From contig CAWFJJ010000025.1 in the NCBI GenBank assembly GCA_963816185.1, positions 480,001-544,000 of the forward strand: a stretch of 64,000 bases of DNA, written 5' to 3'. Below, one piece after another: positions 50,076 to 60,803 of this stretch (within the stretch, counting starts at the first letter, position 1; each line of letters begins with the position of its first letter). The notes under the pieces were generated by a model. It was given only the letters and a program-made list of their open reading frames with translations, was not told the DNA's origin and ran no database searches. The position numbers and the translations under genes were made by a program. The stretch is from Thermoanaerobaculia bacterium (GTDB taxonomy: Bacteria > Acidobacteriota > Thermoanaerobaculia > UBA5066).

Positions 50076-50507
50076 ATGGTTTCTCGTCGCAAGGGGGCCC
50101 GGGCGAACGCCCCGGCCCCCGAACCGGCCCCGGCCGCGCGGGAGGCTTACGTCTTCATCGGCGTGGTCGCGCGGCGCTTCGGCGTCCACCCGCAAACGCT
50201 GCGCCTCTACGAGCGCGAGGGCCTCATCCGGCCCGCCCGCTCCTCCGGCAACACGCGGCTTTACGATCTCGAGACCGTCGAACGCCTCGAGATCATTCTC
50301 ACGCTCACGCGCGAGCTGGGTGTGAACCTGGCGGGTGTGGAGGTCATCCTGGAGCTGAAGTCGCGGCTGAAGCGCATGGAGGGCGAAGTCGGCCGACTCA
50401 TGGACTCCATCCGCGCGGTCGCGGCTGAACACGCGATCCGGAGCGGAGACGCGTCGCGGGCGCTTGCGATCCGTCCGAGGGGACCCATCGTTCTCACGAC
50501 CCGCTGA
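50076..50507 (+). CDS. hspR: HspR-like MerR-family heat-shock repressor
   Basis: IGVVARRFGVHPQTLRLYEREGLIRPARSSGNTRLY...ELGVNLAGVEVIL; directly after dnaK. Confidence 0.85.
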   Translation: MVSRRKGARANAPAPEPAPAAREAYVFIGVVARRFGVHPQTLRLYEREGLIRPARSSGNTRLYDLETVERLEIILTLTRELGVNLAGVEVILELKSRLKRMEGEVGRLMDSIRAVAAEHAIRSGDASRALAIRPRGPIVLTTR

Positions 50508-50548
50508 CGAGACCCCGGCGCGCCCCCCGAAGGGCATAAACTCTTTCG

Positions 50549-51436
50549 GTGACCCAGCGCCTGCGCCCCGAGGACGATTCCAAGGTCCTGAGAAAGTATC
50601 TCGACGACATCGCGCGGTACGCGATCCTCACGCCCGAGCGGGAGCGGGAGCTCGGGCGGATCATCCAGAACCCGGAATCCTCCGAAGACGTCCGGCGCGA
50701 GGCCGTCGACGAGCTCGTTCGCGGAAACCTGAGGTTCGTCGTCTCCTACGCGAAGCGGTTCCATTCCCCCGGCATCTCGTTCCTCGATCTCATCAACGAG
50801 GGCAACATCGGGCTCATCCAGGCAGCCCGGCGCTTCGACCCCGATCGCGGCGTCAAATTCATCACGTATGCGGTCTGGTGGGTCCGCCAGGCGATCTCGA
50901 ACGCGCTGTCCGAGCAATGGGGGGCGATCCGTCTCCCGCACAAGCAGGCGACGCTCCATTCGCGCCTGGGACGCGTGAAAGAGGCTCTTTCTCGGTCGCT
51001 CGGCCGTGAAGCCACGATGGAAGAGATCGCGACGGAGGCCGGCCTTCGCCCGGACGAGGCCGAGAATCTCATGGCCATGTCGCGCAGCTCCGAGTCGCTT
51101 TCGGAGCTTTTCGGCGCCGAGGAGGACCGCACGCTCGGGGACACGCTCGAGCAGACGTCCGTTGCGGCCGCCGACGACCAGCTCCTCCAGAGGTCGTCCG
51201 TGGAGCAGACGCGGAACCTCCTCGAGTCGCTTCCGAAGAAGGAGCGCGCGATCCTCTGCCGCCGGTTCGGAATCCCGGAAGACGGCTCGGAGGGAGAGCG
51301 CGAGCCGATGACGCTGCAGGAGATCGGAGAAGAGCTGCGCCTCTCGCGTGAGCGCGTGCGCCAGATCGAGGCGCAGGCCATCGCGCGCATCAAGCGCACG
51401 ATGAAGAGCCGGGCCCTGAAGGCGTTCCTCAATTAA
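50549..51436 (+). CDS. Short RpoD/SigA-family (group 2-like) sigma factor
   Basis: NLRFVVSYAK, DLINEGNIGL, KFITYAVWWVRQAI, LSRERVRQIE; lacks region 1.1. Confidence 0.93.
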   Translation: MTQRLRPEDDSKVLRKYLDDIARYAILTPERERELGRIIQNPESSEDVRREAVDELVRGNLRFVVSYAKRFHSPGISFLDLINEGNIGLIQAARRFDPDRGVKFITYAVWWVRQAISNALSEQWGAIRLPHKQATLHSRLGRVKEALSRSLGREATMEEIATEAGLRPDEAENLMAMSRSSESLSELFGAEEDRTLGDTLEQTSVAAADDQLLQRSSVEQTRNLLESLPKKERAILCRRFGIPEDGSEGEREPMTLQEIGEELRLSRERVRQIEAQAIARIKRTMKSRALKAFLN

Positions 51437-51452
51437 GACCTAGAATCACGCC

Positions 51453-52178
51453 GTGGCCGCGAACGCTCCCGCCGGCGAAGTCTGCCCCGCGTGCAAAGGC
51501 TTCGGCGTCGTCGAGACTCCCGAGGGCCGCGTCGTCACCTGCCGTTGCCGGGCGGCCGACCTCGCGGAAGCCCGGCTGAAGGCCGCGGAGATTCCCCAGC
51601 GCTATCTGAACTGCAAGGTCGAGAACTACGACCTGAAGCGCACGGGAACCCCCCCGAGCCATGTGCGCGCGAGCCTGGTCGCGCGCAAGTTCATCGAGGA
51701 ATGGAAGACTCGGGATCGGGGCCTCCTGTTCATCGGACCCGTGGGCGTGGGCAAGACGCACCTTTCGGTCGCGATCCTCAAGGCGCTGATCGAGGACTGG
51801 GGAGTCAGGGGTCTCTTCTGCGACTTCTCGGATCTCCTCGAGAGGATCCAGGCGACCTTCTCCCGGGCGAACCCGGACAGCGCCGACGACGTCCTCGCCC
51901 CATATCGCGACGCCGAGCTGCTCGTCCTGGACGAGCTCGGCGCGCGCCGTCCGACCGACTGGGTGAGGGACGTTCTCTACGGGCTCATCAACACGCGCTA
52001 CAACCGCCAGCGCCTGACGATCGTCACCTCGAATTACTCCGACACGCCTTCCCGCACGGACGAAGAGACGCTCGAGAAGAGGATCGGCACGATGGTGCGG
52101 AGCCGCCTGTACGAGATGTGCGACCTCGTCGTGCTCGACGGGCCCGACTACCGGGCGTGGCGCGCCGTCAAGGTTTGA
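51453..52178 (+). CDS. DnaC/DnaI/IstB-like AAA+ ATPase with N-terminal Cys cluster
   Basis: CPAC...CRC, GPVGVGKT, LLVLDELG, TSN, SRLYEM, GPDYR. Confidence 0.9.
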   Translation: MAANAPAGEVCPACKGFGVVETPEGRVVTCRCRAADLAEARLKAAEIPQRYLNCKVENYDLKRTGTPPSHVRASLVARKFIEEWKTRDRGLLFIGPVGVGKTHLSVAILKALIEDWGVRGLFCDFSDLLERIQATFSRANPDSADDVLAPYRDAELLVLDELGARRPTDWVRDVLYGLINTRYNRQRLTIVTSNYSDTPSRTDEETLEKRIGTMVRSRLYEMCDLVVLDGPDYRAWRAVKV

Positions 52179-52182
52179 GAGG

Positions 52183-53199
52183 ATGACCCTGCCCGCGCGC
52201 AAGGCGCCCGAAGCGTTCCGGCGCGGGCTTTCGGCGGTCGTGGCGAATCCCGGCCTGATCCTCGCGCCGCTCGCGCTCGCCGCGGTGTCGATCGGCTCGG
52301 TCGCAGTCCCCGTCTTTTTTCTCCTGGCGGGTCTCGCGGGTTTTCGCCGCGGGCTCCCGCGGATCTCGGATCTCGCACGAGACGCCGAGTCGCTCCTGCC
52401 GCGGGTCGAGAGCTTCTTCGAAGGCCTGCTGGCCTCGCCGTTCGTGCTCGTCGGCGGCCTCCTCTGCCTCCTCGCCTTCCTGCTCCTTCTCACGCTCTTC
52501 GCGGCCTATCTGAGAGCCGGCATCGTGGGGTCCTTCGTCGCGATCGACGCGCAGGCGGCGGAGGAGGCTCTCCTGCCCGCATTTCACCGTCCGGGCCTCG
52601 GGGCCGTTTTTCGCGCGTCGGCGCACCGGCTCTTCGGCCGTTTCTTCGCGCTCGTGAACCTCTACGCGCTCGCGATCTCGTGCCTGGTGCTCCTGATCGT
52701 CGTGCCCATCGGCCTTGTCGTTTTCGGGGCGGCGAGCGAACGAGGCGGCTTCGTGGTGGTGGCGTTGGTGCTCTTTCTCCTGTTGCTGCCCCTCGTCATC
52801 GCCGGGTCCGTCGCGATACGCGTTCTCTATCTCGTCTCGTGTCGCCTCGCCGCGAGTGACGACGTCGATGCGCTCGAGGCCGTCGCGCGGTCGGTCTCCC
52901 TCATCCGCTCCTCTCTTTCGCAGGTCGTGCTCCTTTATCTGCTGAGCCTCGCGGCCGCGTTCGTCTCGGGATTCGCGTTCCTCGTTCCGCGCTTCGCCGT
53001 TTCTTTCCTGGCGGGGCATTCCCTCGTTCTATTCGTCGCCGGCACGGGGCTTCTCCTCGCGGCCCAGATGCTCGTGACTCTCTCCTACGATCTCGTCGTG
53101 ACGGGCTCGTTCGTCTCGCTCTGGCCGGTGACGAGCGGCGAAAGCGTCCCGCCCGTCGCCTCGGCGCCGGAAGGCGACGCTCCTCCCTTTCTCGTGTAA
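52183..53199 (+). CDS. Hypothetical integral membrane protein
   Basis: About 6 hydrophobic helices; codon usage typical of the window. Confidence 0.7.
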   Translation: MTLPARKAPEAFRRGLSAVVANPGLILAPLALAAVSIGSVAVPVFFLLAGLAGFRRGLPRISDLARDAESLLPRVESFFEGLLASPFVLVGGLLCLLAFLLLLTLFAAYLRAGIVGSFVAIDAQAAEEALLPAFHRPGLGAVFRASAHRLFGRFFALVNLYALAISCLVLLIVVPIGLVVFGAASERGGFVVVALVLFLLLLPLVIAGSVAIRVLYLVSCRLAASDDVDALEAVARSVSLIRSSLSQVVLLYLLSLAAAFVSGFAFLVPRFAVSFLAGHSLVLFVAGTGLLLAAQMLVTLSYDLVVTGSFVSLWPVTSGESVPPVASAPEGDAPPFLV

Positions 53200-53312
53200 G
53201 ATCTGTTGGAAATTTGACGGATTCGTCAAATTCTCTTCGTCGCCAGGAGACGCACATGGTTTCTTCCCGGGTCCTCGACGCCCCCTCTCCCTCGACCCGC
53301 GCGTCCGCAGGA

Positions 53313-54461
53313 ATGGCTTTCTCGCTCTCCGATGAGCAGGAGGCAATTCGACGGATGGTGCGTGATTTCGCCCAGAGCGAGATCGCACCCCACGTCAAGG
53401 AGTGGGACGAAGCCCAGACGTTTCCGCGCGAGGCGCTGCGGCAGCTCGGGGACCTCGGGATGCTGGGCGTGCTGGTGCCGGAAGAGTACGGAGGCGCGGG
53501 CCTCACGTACATCGACTACATCCACGTGATCGAGGAGCTGTCCCGCGTGGACGGTTCCGTGGGTCTTTCGGTCGCCGCGCACAACAGCCTCGCGACGAAC
53601 CACCTGTGGCTGTTTGGAAACGAGGGGCAGCGCCGCACGTGGGTGACGCCGCTCGCGCAGGGGAAGCTCCTGGGAGCCTGGGGCCTCACGGAGGCCGAGG
53701 CCGGCAGCGACAGCGGCGGGACGCGGACGACGGCCGTCCTCGACGGTGATGCCTGGGTGCTGAACGGCGCCAAGACGTTCATCACGCACGGCTCGGTCGG
53801 TGACGTGGCGGTCCTCATGGCCGTGACGGACAAGGCGGCGGGCAAGCGCGGCATCTCGGCGTTCGTCGTGGACCTTCACCAGAAGGGCGTCCACTCGGGC
53901 AAGAAGGAGAACAAGCTCGGCATGAGGGCGTCCGACACCGCGACGATCGTGATGGAGGACTGCCGGATTCCGAAAGCCAACCTCCTCGGCGCTGCGGGAG
54001 AAGGGTTCATCCAGGCGATGAAGGTGCTCGACGGCGGGCGCATCTCGATCGCGGCCCTCGCCCTGGGCATGGCGCAGGGCTGCCTCGACTGCTCGCTTCG
54101 CTACGCGAAACAGCGCAAGCAGTTCGGAAAGAGCATTTCCGAGTTCCAGTCCATCCAGAACTACCTCGCCGACATGGCGACCGAGATCGACGCCGCGCGC
54201 CTCCTGACGTACCGCGCCGGCTGGGCGAAGGACCAGGGCCGCGTCACGACGAAAGAGTCCGCGATGGCGAAGCTCTACGCATCGGAGGTCTCCGTGCGCG
54301 CCGCGAATCTCGCCGTGCAGATACACGGCGGGTACGGCTTCACGAAGGACTTCCCGGCCGAGAAGTTCTACCGGGACGTGAAGCTCTGCACGATCGGCGA
54401 AGGCACGTCCGAGATCCAGCGGATGGTCGTGGCCCGCGAGCTCCTGCGCCCGGGCGGTTGA
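53313..54461 (+). CDS. Acyl-CoA dehydrogenase
   Basis: [50 protein letters not shown]. Confidence 0.96.
   Translation: MAFSLSDEQEAIRRMVRDFAQSEIAPHVKEWDEAQTFPREALRQLGDLGMLGVLVPEEYGGAGLTYIDYIHVIEELSRVDGSVGLSVAAHNSLATNHLWLFGNEGQRRTWVTPLAQGKLLGAWGLTEAEAGSDSGGTRTTAVLDGDAWVLNGAKTFITHGSVGDVAVLMAVTDKAAGKRGISAFVVDLHQKGVHSGKKENKLGMRASDTATIVMEDCRIPKANLLGAAGEGFIQAMKVLDGGRISIAALALGMAQGCLDCSLRYAKQRKQFGKSISEFQSIQNYLADMATEIDAARLLTYRAGWAKDQGRVTTKESAMAKLYASEVSVRAANLAVQIHGGYGFTKDFPAEKFYRDVKLCTIGEGTSEIQRMVVARELLRPGG
54195..54228 (+). repeat. 34-bp direct repeat, copy A (inside the acyl-CoA dehydrogenase gene)
   Basis: GCGCGCCTCCTGACGTACCGCGCCGGCTGGGCGA, identical to 57177..57210. Confidence 0.9.
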
Positions 54462-54529
54462 GTCGCCGCGCCGCCCGAACTGAATCTCGTTCCGAGGCAT
54501 ATAGTATTCGAGCGTCCGTCCGTCGCCTC

Positions 54530-57163
54530 ATGCGATTCTCTGCCGGAGCCCGTCTCGGCCCATACGAGCTCGTTGGCATGCTCGGAGCCGGCGGCATGGG
54601 CGAGGTCTATCGCGCGCGTGACCCGCGCCTCAATCGCGATGTTGCGTTGAAGGTGCTGCCGCCCGAGGTCGCGAACGACCCCGACCGTCTCCGGCGCTTC
54701 GAGCAGGAGGCCCGCGCGGCAGGAGCGCTGAACCACCCCAATGTCCTCGCGGTTTACGACATCGGGAGCCAAGAAGGCGTCTCTTACATCGTATCGGAGC
54801 TCTTGGAAGGGGAGACGCTCCGCGGCCGCCTGGAAGAAGGAGCGCTCCCTCTCCGCAAGGCGGTCGACTACGCCGTGCAGATCTCCCACGGGCTGGCCGC
54901 GGCCCACGAGAAGGGCATCGTCCACCGGGACCTCAAGCCGGAAAACCTCTTCGTTACGAAAGATGGACGAGTCAAGATCCTGGACTTCGGCCTGGCCAAG
55001 CTCGTCGAACCCGAATCGGTTGGCGCCGAAGCGGTCACGGCGACCGGGAAGAACGAGATCCTCGGTACCGTGGGCTACATGGCCCCGGAGCAGATCAAGG
55101 AGCTCGGCGTGGACCACCGAACCGACATATTTGCTTTCGGAGCGGTCTTCTACGAGATGCTGTCCAAGCGGAAAGCGTTCCAGAAGGAGACTGGGGCCGA
55201 GACGCAGGCTGCGATCCTGACGCTGGACCCACCGGATCTCTCGGCGGGCAACCCGCCGATCTCAGGCTCTCTGAACCGCATCGTGCACCGGTGTCTGGAG
55301 AAGAGACGTGAAGAGCGATTCCAGTCGGCACGAGACCTCGGATTCGCGCTGGAGGCGTACTCGGGCATATCGGACGAGGGGCCGCGTATCGACGTGGTTG
55401 CCCTGACGCGCAACACGCCCGCACGGCGCCCCCGGTGGATTCCGGGAGCGATCGCCGCCGGACTGCTTCTGGCGCTCGGGGTCGCTGGATGGCAGCTTCG
55501 TCAGCGTGACTATTTCTGGCGGAACCCGCTCGCGGGCGCACGATTCAGCCGCTTCACGGACTGGGCAGGCTCGGAGCTCGATGCGAGCATCTCCGCCGAC
55601 GGGAAGTTCGTGGCGTTTCTCTCGGACCGCGACGGACGGTTCGACGCCTGGGTGGGTCAGATCGGCAGCGGCGAGTTCCTCAATCTCACCAAGGGCCCAC
55701 ATCCAGTTGCCCCGGTTTGGCAGGTTCATAACGTCGGCTTCTCCGACGACGGAGCTCATGTTTGGTTTCACTCGACAGACGAGAAGATGCACAGCGTCTC
55801 GCTTGTGCCCACGATCGGTGGAGCGCCGCGGACTTTCCTGCCGAATGCCGTCGAGGCGGCTTGGTCGCCCGACCACACTCGCATCCTCTATTACGCGCCG
55901 GATCCCGGTGACCCGATCTTCATCGCCGATCGGAACGGAGGAAACCCAAGGCAGATCTGCATCGGCAAGCCCGGTATTCACCAGCATTACGTCACATGGT
56001 CGCCGGACGGCCGCTTCATCTATTTCGTCCGAGGCATACCCCCGGACGAGATGGACGTCTGGCGAGTAGCCTCGGCAGGCGGAGTCGCGGAGCGTCTGAC
56101 CCATCACAATTCGTTGGTTGCCTGCCCGAGTCTGCTCGACGACCGGACTCTGATCTACACCGCCATGCGAGAGGACGGCTCCGGTTCCGGGCTCTTCGCG
56201 ATGGACGTCGAGCGGCGCATCTCGCACGCGGTGAGCGCCGGTATCGAGGAGTACGTCTCGGTCGGCACCAGCGCCGACGGCCATCGACTGGTCGCGACGG
56301 TGGCCAATCCCGTCCGTGACCTCTGGACGGTCCCGATCACGGATCACATCGTGGACGAGGCTGCCGTGACGCAACTCAAGCTGCCGACCGTGCGCGCGGC
56401 GGCGCCCCGCTTTGGACGCGACTACCTCCTTTATCTGGGATCGAAGGGTGCCGCAAATGGACTGTGGAAGCTCAAGGATGGCTCCGAAATTGAGTTGTGG
56501 AAAGGGAGTGACGGTGCCGTGCCCTATGCCGCGGCCGTGTCCCCCGACGGAACGCAAGTCTGCTTCGTGGCCCGCAGCGGAGAACACGCGCGCCTTCACT
56601 TGATGGCGGCGGACGGCACCAACGTGCGCCGCCTCGCGGAGTCGCTCGAGGTCCGCGGCGCGCCGACCTGGTCTCCGGACGGGAAATGGCTGGCCGTCGC
56701 CGCCACCGAAGGCAAGGCAAATCCGCTGTTGAAAGTACCGGTGGGTGGCGGACCACCCGTACTCCTGGTCGACGGAGTGAACTCCGTCATTTCCAATCCG
56801 GTCTGGTCGCCCGATGGCCGCTTCATCCTCTACTCGGAGGGTCGGGGCTCCGCGACGTCTCGGCTCCTGGGGGTCACTCCGGATAAACGGCCCTTTTCAC
56901 TGCCAGAGGTCTGGGTGGGGATCTCTGGCGACCGGTACCGTTTTCTGCCCGACGGAAAGAGTGTGGTCGTCATGCAGGGCGCGTTGTGGCTGCAGGATTT
57001 CTTGCTGCTCGATCTGACGACCGGCCATCGGCGTCAGTTGACGAACCTAGGGCGGGAAACTCTCATGCTGAGCTTCGACATCTCGCCCGACGGCAAGACA
57101 ATCATCTTCGACCGTTACCGCCAGAACTCCGACATTGTCTTGATCGATCGCGTCCTGCGTTAG
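54530..57163 (+). CDS. Hanks-type Ser/Thr kinase with TM and TolB/PD40 beta-propeller
   Basis: [30 protein letters not shown]; repeated WSPDG. Confidence 0.95.
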   Translation: MRFSAGARLGPYELVGMLGAGGMGEVYRARDPRLNRDVALKVLPPEVANDPDRLRRFEQEARAAGALNHPNVLAVYDIGSQEGVSYIVSELLEGETLRGRLEEGALPLRKAVDYAVQISHGLAAAHEKGIVHRDLKPENLFVTKDGRVKILDFGLAKLVEPESVGAEAVTATGKNEILGTVGYMAPEQIKELGVDHRTDIFAFGAVFYEMLSKRKAFQKETGAETQAAILTLDPPDLSAGNPPISGSLNRIVHRCLEKRREERFQSARDLGFALEAYSGISDEGPRIDVVALTRNTPARRPRWIPGAIAAGLLLALGVAGWQLRQRDYFWRNPLAGARFSRFTDWAGSELDASISADGKFVAFLSDRDGRFDAWVGQIGSGEFLNLTKGPHPVAPVWQVHNVGFSDDGAHVWFHSTDEKMHSVSLVPTIGGAPRTFLPNAVEAAWSPDHTRILYYAPDPGDPIFIADRNGGNPRQICIGKPGIHQHYVTWSPDGRFIYFVRGIPPDEMDVWRVASAGGVAERLTHHNSLVACPSLLDDRTLIYTAMREDGSGSGLFAMDVERRISHAVSAGIEEYVSVGTSADGHRLVATVANPVRDLWTVPITDHIVDEAAVTQLKLPTVRAAAPRFGRDYLLYLGSKGAANGLWKLKDGSEIELWKGSDGAVPYAAAVSPDGTQVCFVARSGEHARLHLMAADGTNVRRLAESLEVRGAPTWSPDGKWLAVAATEGKANPLLKVPVGGGPPVLLVDGVNSVISNPVWSPDGRFILYSEGRGSATSRLLGVTPDKRPFSLPEVWVGISGDRYRFLPDGKSVVVMQGALWLQDFLLLDLTTGHRRQLTNLGRETLMLSFDISPDGKTIIFDRYRQNSDIVLIDRVLR

Positions 57164-57176
57164 AGCGGAGCCAACG

Positions 57177-57210
57177 GCGCGCCTCCTGACGTACCGCGCC
57201 GGCTGGGCGA
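57177..57210 (+). repeat. 34-bp direct repeat, copy B (intergenic)
   Basis: Identical to 54195..54228. Confidence 0.9.
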
Positions 57211-57240
57211 GCCGCCCACCCCGGCCATCCGGGTCTCCGT

Positions 57241-59508
57241 TCACAGACCAATCCGCTTCAGGAGATCCGCGAACCGCGGATCCGCGCGCAGCGGGTCCGC
57301 ACGCGGGTCGACCCGCAGCAGCGCCAGGAAGGGGGTCCGTTCGGCCACGGCCTTGTCGAGCCATTTGAAAGCAAGATCCGTCCGGCCGAGCGCCACTTGG
57401 ATATAGGCGATGTCGAGCGACGAAACGTATCGCCGCGGCGCGAGAGCGGCGAGCTCGGCGAGGATCGCCTCCGCCTCGTCCCGCCGGCCCGAGGCAGCCA
57501 GGCAAGCGCCGAACGAGGAAAGTCGGGTTGGGTCGCGGCCCGACAGTTCAGCCGCGCGTGCTCCAAACCGCGTCGCTTCCGTCCACATCCGCTTCGCGAA
57601 GTAATTCAAGCTCAAGAGGTGGTGCGCGACGGCGAAGTTTGAGTCCATCTCGAGGACCTTTTCTAGCTCGGCGATGGCTTCGTCGTATCGGCGGGCGAGA
57701 AAGAAGCACCAGCCAAGGCTGGCACGGGCGGGAAGAGAGAGAGGATCCAATGCCTCCGCGCGGTGCAACTCCACGAGGCCATCCTGAAACCTCTCCCTGC
57801 TCGTGAGGAAGATGCCGTAGAAGTGATGAACGTGGACGAAATCGGGGCTCGCCGCGATCGCTCGATGGAATTCCTCCTCGGCACCCGACCAGTCCCAGTC
57901 GTACCAGAAACGAACGACGGCGAGAACGGTCCGTGCTTCTCCCAACGACGCGTCGAGCTCCAGCGCCCGGGTGGCAGCCGCCTTCGCCCTGGGAAACGCT
58001 TCCTGCGGCTCAAGATACTGGTAGAAGCCGAGCTGGTTGTAAGAGTGCGCGATCCCGGCGTAGGCGAGGGCGTACTCGGGGTCGACTTCGATCGCCTCCT
58101 TGAACAGCTCGATGCCTTTCCGCAGCCCGTCGGCCGTCCGCTTGTTCCAGTAGAAGAGCCCTTTGAGATAGAGGCGATGGGCCTCGGGGCTCTCCGTCGC
58201 GCGATGCGCGAGGAGCTGCTCGTTCTCGCCCGTGACCTTCACGCGGAGCTTCTCCGAGATCTCCCGCGAAATCTCGTCCTCGATCGCGAGGATGTCGGCG
58301 AACTTCCGGTTGTAGTTCTCGCCCCAGATCTGCGATCCGTCTCGCGCATCCACGAGCTCGGTCTTGATCACGAGGTTGTCCCCGCGATGAAAGACCCTGC
58401 CGGTCAAGACGGCACGGACCTTCAGCTCGCTGCCGACCGTCTGCGGATCGATCTCCCGTCCCTTGTAACGGGAAAGCGTGGTGCGCGCCATGACGCGCAG
58501 GTTCGGAAGCCGGGAAAGGCTGTTGATGATGCTTTCCGCGATGCCGTCGGACAGATACTCCGTGTCCGGATCGGGGCTCGCGTTCGCGAAGGGCAGGACG
58601 GCGATCGATTCAATCGCCGGGCCGTGCTTCCCGGAGGACGACGGGGCTCCTATCGAACCGCTCGTCACTTCCTTCAGATGGAATGCCAGATCCCGCGCCG
58701 ACTGAAACCGCTCTTCGCGGTTCTTCTCCAGACAACGACTGACAACTCTCTGGAGAGGCGTCGGCAGCGCAACCCCGAAAGTGGCGATCTCCGGCGGATG
58801 ATCCCGCAGAATTGAGGCCAGCGTCTCCCCGCTGGAGTTTCCTTCGAAGGCCCGCCGGCCCGAGAGCATTTCGAACAGCAGGCAGCCGAAGGAAAAGATG
58901 TCGCTTCGCGCGTCGACTGCTTCGAGCCTTACCTGCTCTGGCGACATGTAGCCGACCGTTCCGAGAACCGTGCCGGCTTCCGTCTGCATCGATCCCGTCG
59001 GCGAGGAAGTCGCTCCGCCCATGGGGCGCTCTTCCAAGCGCGCGAGACCGAAGTCCAGGATCTTGACGAGGCCTGCGGACGTCACGAAGACGTTTTCCGG
59101 CTTCAGGTCCCGATGCACGATCCCCTTCGCGTGCGCGGCGGAGAGTCCGTCGGTGACTGCGATCCCGATCTCGACGGCCTTTCGCCAACCCAGACGCTCT
59201 CGAGCGATTCGTTCACGGAGCGTCTCGCCATCCAGCAGCTCGGTGACCGCGAAACGAATTCCGTGGTCCTCACCGAAGTCGTGGATCGCGAGAATGTTCG
59301 GATGCGACAGCGCGGCGACCGCCTTGGCCTCCCGCTCGAACCGCGACAGCGCGTTCGCGTCCGCCGCCAGCCGCTCCGGCAGCACCTTGATCGCCACCTC
59401 GCGATCGAGCCGCGTATCCCGCGCCCGGTAGACCTCTCCCATCCCGCCCGCACCCAAGGGCGCGAGGATCTCGTAAGGGCCGAGCCGGGTGCCCTCTTTG
59501 AGAGGCAT
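57241..59508 (-). CDS. Hanks-type Ser/Thr kinase with TolB-N-like and TPR domains
   Basis: Kinase motifs; SIAVLPFAN...YLSDGIAESII; TPRs; DPRADPLRADPRF. Confidence 0.95.
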   Translation of the reverse strand: MPLKEGTRLGPYEILAPLGAGGMGEVYRARDTRLDREVAIKVLPERLAADANALSRFEREAKAVAALSHPNILAIHDFGEDHGIRFAVTELLDGETLRERIARERLGWRKAVEIGIAVTDGLSAAHAKGIVHRDLKPENVFVTSAGLVKILDFGLARLEERPMGGATSSPTGSMQTEAGTVLGTVGYMSPEQVRLEAVDARSDIFSFGCLLFEMLSGRRAFEGNSSGETLASILRDHPPEIATFGVALPTPLQRVVSRCLEKNREERFQSARDLAFHLKEVTSGSIGAPSSSGKHGPAIESIAVLPFANASPDPDTEYLSDGIAESIINSLSRLPNLRVMARTTLSRYKGREIDPQTVGSELKVRAVLTGRVFHRGDNLVIKTELVDARDGSQIWGENYNRKFADILAIEDEISREISEKLRVKVTGENEQLLAHRATESPEAHRLYLKGLFYWNKRTADGLRKGIELFKEAIEVDPEYALAYAGIAHSYNQLGFYQYLEPQEAFPRAKAAATRALELDASLGEARTVLAVVRFWYDWDWSGAEEEFHRAIAASPDFVHVHHFYGIFLTSRERFQDGLVELHRAEALDPLSLPARASLGWCFFLARRYDEAIAELEKVLEMDSNFAVAHHLLSLNYFAKRMWTEATRFGARAAELSGRDPTRLSSFGACLAASGRRDEAEAILAELAALAPRRYVSSLDIAYIQVALGRTDLAFKWLDKAVAERTPFLALLRVDPRADPLRADPRFADLLKRIGL

Positions 59509-59562
59509 GAAGCTGGCGGAGATCGTACAACAGGTCTCGAGGCCTCCGCCCGACCGGACTTG

Positions 59563-60627
59563 TCAGAATCGCCGCGCGTAGCTCGCGAGGAGCAGATAGG
59601 GAACGAAGTCCGAACCGATGTGCCTGCCCTTGGATCTATCGAGGAGGCTGTCGAGCTTGTTCTGGTACGCGCGTATCGGGACGCTCACCGAGGCGATGTT
59701 CGCGCCGTTCGTCCAGGTCAGACCAGGCTCGATGTAGATTTCGTATCCGGGCCTCCGCCAGTAGAGATCACCACCGCCGATGAGGTCCCTCACGGTTACC
59801 CCGTTGATCCGGCCTCCTAGCGACACGACGAGGCCCTTGGGCACCGGCAGCGCCTGGGCCAATCCCAATCGTCCCGAGTACGTGTCTGGCACGCCCCTGA
59901 GGGCGTCGGGGAGTCCGGACGGAAGATATTGGTGCACGTTGGTGTGCACGTTGAGACTCAGCCCGTAGTAGGCGGATCCGTAGGCGAACAGGTCGCCGAC
60001 GACTTTGGCCGTGCCCTGCGCCCTGAGCAGGATCTCCCAGCCTCCGTTACCCGGTTGAAACGTCTCATCGATCGGCAGCTCGCCGGTGGGATACGTTCCC
60101 GTCGCGGAGTCGGACCCCGTCGGCATCTTGATCCCGATGTCCACGGAGCCTTGAACTCGCGAAGACTTCGTCGGATCCGACAGCCAGTATTCCATTCCGA
60201 GCGAGATGTCGCCGAGTCCGTTCACGTTGAAGCTGTAGAACCGGCTGGATCCTGCGGGGTCGTGAAAACCGCCCGAGCCCGAGAGAAACGGCACGGTCAG
60301 ATCCAGGCTGAGGCGGTTGCTCAGCGCGTAGATGACGTCGAGGTCGTAGATGCTGACGTTTCGCACGGGCGCCTTTCCCCCAGGCCCGGCGGCGTCATTG
60401 CGCTGATCCCCGACGAAGAGCTGGTTCGTATAGGCGTATTGATACGAAACCTGAACCTGCCAGTGTGCTGCGGGAAGATAGGGCTGGTTCTGCAGGCCCA
60501 AACTGGGCTCTGTGAATCGGATCGGCTGTCAACCCTGGCCGGCGGCCGGCCTCGTAACGGCAAAGACTGCAGCCAGAATCACGAGACGAAGAGCCCACCT
60601 CGAGACCTCGACGCGCATCCCGGCCAT
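59563..60627 (-). CDS. Probable outer-membrane beta-barrel protein with in-frame UGA at codon 33 (candidate selenoprotein)
   Basis: AGGAGG RBS + ATG 60627; signal peptide ending PAAG-QG, TGA at 60529-60531 in frame with ORF 59563..60501; GLGDISL, GIKMPTG; C-terminal YARRF. Confidence 0.75.
60488..60516 (-). promoter_or_regulatory. Candidate bacterial SECIS hairpin
   Basis: UUC-A-CAG-A-GCCCA-[GUU]-UGGGC-CUG-CA-GAA; apical loop starts with G, 25 nt after the UGA. Confidence 0.55.
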
Positions 60628-60803
60628 GATCAGCCTCCTCGATTCGAATCGTGGCGGGTCAAACGTCGGCGGCCCGCCATTTGGAAACGATCTTGTTCCG
60701 CGCATTGGACACTCAATGGCAATCCCGGTCAACGCCGAATCGAGGCGGTGCGAGCAATGATCCACGAGCCCGCGCCGCCTCTTCCCGATACTCGCCCGAC
60801 AGC

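Noticed and set aside
51453-52178. IS21 IstB helper, suggesting a mobile element
   Set aside because: No IstA transposase or terminal repeats; the N-terminal Cys cluster and operon context favour a DnaC/DnaI-like protein
54530-59508. Strong similarity between the two convergent kinase 5' regions as an inverted repeat or invertible element
   Set aside because: Explained by paralogous kinase domains; no recombinase nearby
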